Below, one piece after another: positions 63,804 to 64,000 of a stretch of 64,000 nt of DNA. The translations under genes and the position numbers were made by a program. The first letter of the stretch is position 1, and every line of letters begins with the position of its first letter. The stretch comes from Planctomycetota bacterium (GTDB lineage Bacteria; Planctomycetota; GCA-002687715; CAIWVZ01), in assembly GCA_044222185.1 (NCBI GenBank), contig JBGANV010000001.1, positions 192,001 through 256,000 on the forward strand, in the 5' to 3' direction. The notes beneath the pieces were generated by a model. The model was not told the origin of the DNA. It was given only the letters and a program-made list of their open reading frames with translations, and made no database searches.

Positions 63804-64000
63804 CTACTTCCGGTCCTCGATCCGCACGTACCGGCGCAGCCCGGGGCCGGTGTAGACCTGGCGCGGCCGGCTGATGCGGAAGTCGGGATCCCGGCGCATC
63901 TCACTCCAGTGAGCGATCCACCCGGGCAGCCGTCCGAGGGCGAACATCACGGTGAACATGTTCACCGGGATCCCGAGCGCCTTGTAGATGACGCCCGAGT
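63804..64000 (-). CDS. gltA: Citrate synthase, 3' end only (truncated by window edge)
   Basis: Not in ORF track; manual translation [53 protein letters not shown]. Confidence 0.92.
   Translation of the reverse strand, partial: SGVIYKALGIPVNMFTVMFALGRLPGWIAHWSEMRRDPDFRISRPRQVYTGPGLRRYVRIEDRK

Noticed and set aside
1-64000. CRISPR array, prophage, IS/integron, rRNA or known defence system
   Set aside because: No regularly spaced repeats, cas, integrase, transposase, phage structural or rRNA sequence recognised by eye. The STAND protein has a signalling partner rather than a nuclease/TIR/Sir2 effector.

Overview
GC-rich (roughly 65-70% by eye), gene-dense bacterial chromosomal window with about 52 credible CDS. 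The gene repertoire suggests Planctomycetota (inference): several Hanks-type kinases, HEAT/VWA proteins, a TPR protein fused to RNA polymerase alpha-CTDs, a CRTAC1/ASPIC-UnbV protein, and an ECF sigma with a ZAS anti-sigma. Housekeeping content: rpmH, ruvA, a tightly coupled ~15-kb run (ffh-rpsP-HhH/GPD-like-maf-hyp-DUF192-S41 protease-tsaD-larB-carA-purA-uppS-cdsA-phoH-ybeY-Ser/Thr kinase), ppsA, cysK, malic enzyme and the 3' end of citrate synthase. There is also a GldA/F/G-like ABC system with DUF4340 and a sugar ABC transporter. I found no rRNA, tRNA, CRISPR array, transposase or integrase. Top finding: two minus-strand ORFs (10628-11005 and 9221-10612) join in frame across one TGA that reads W-L-[UGA]-L-C and is followed by a bacterial SECIS-like hairpin. 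This is a candidate exported 594-aa selenoprotein with a UxC motif and a DsbD-N domain. Other leads: a TPR protein with two alpha-CTDs; a pseudokinase-STAND-TPR protein coupled to a hybrid histidine kinase; a ~120-aa C-terminal domain shared by two unrelated secreted proteins; a minimal MerR/BldC-like regulator with direct repeats over its promoter; two strongly structured intergenic RNA candidates; an endonuclease III-like protein lacking the HhH motif but with a histone H1-like tail; and an in-frame amber stop in a degenerate receiver domain. All family calls come from motifs read by eye; no database searches were run.
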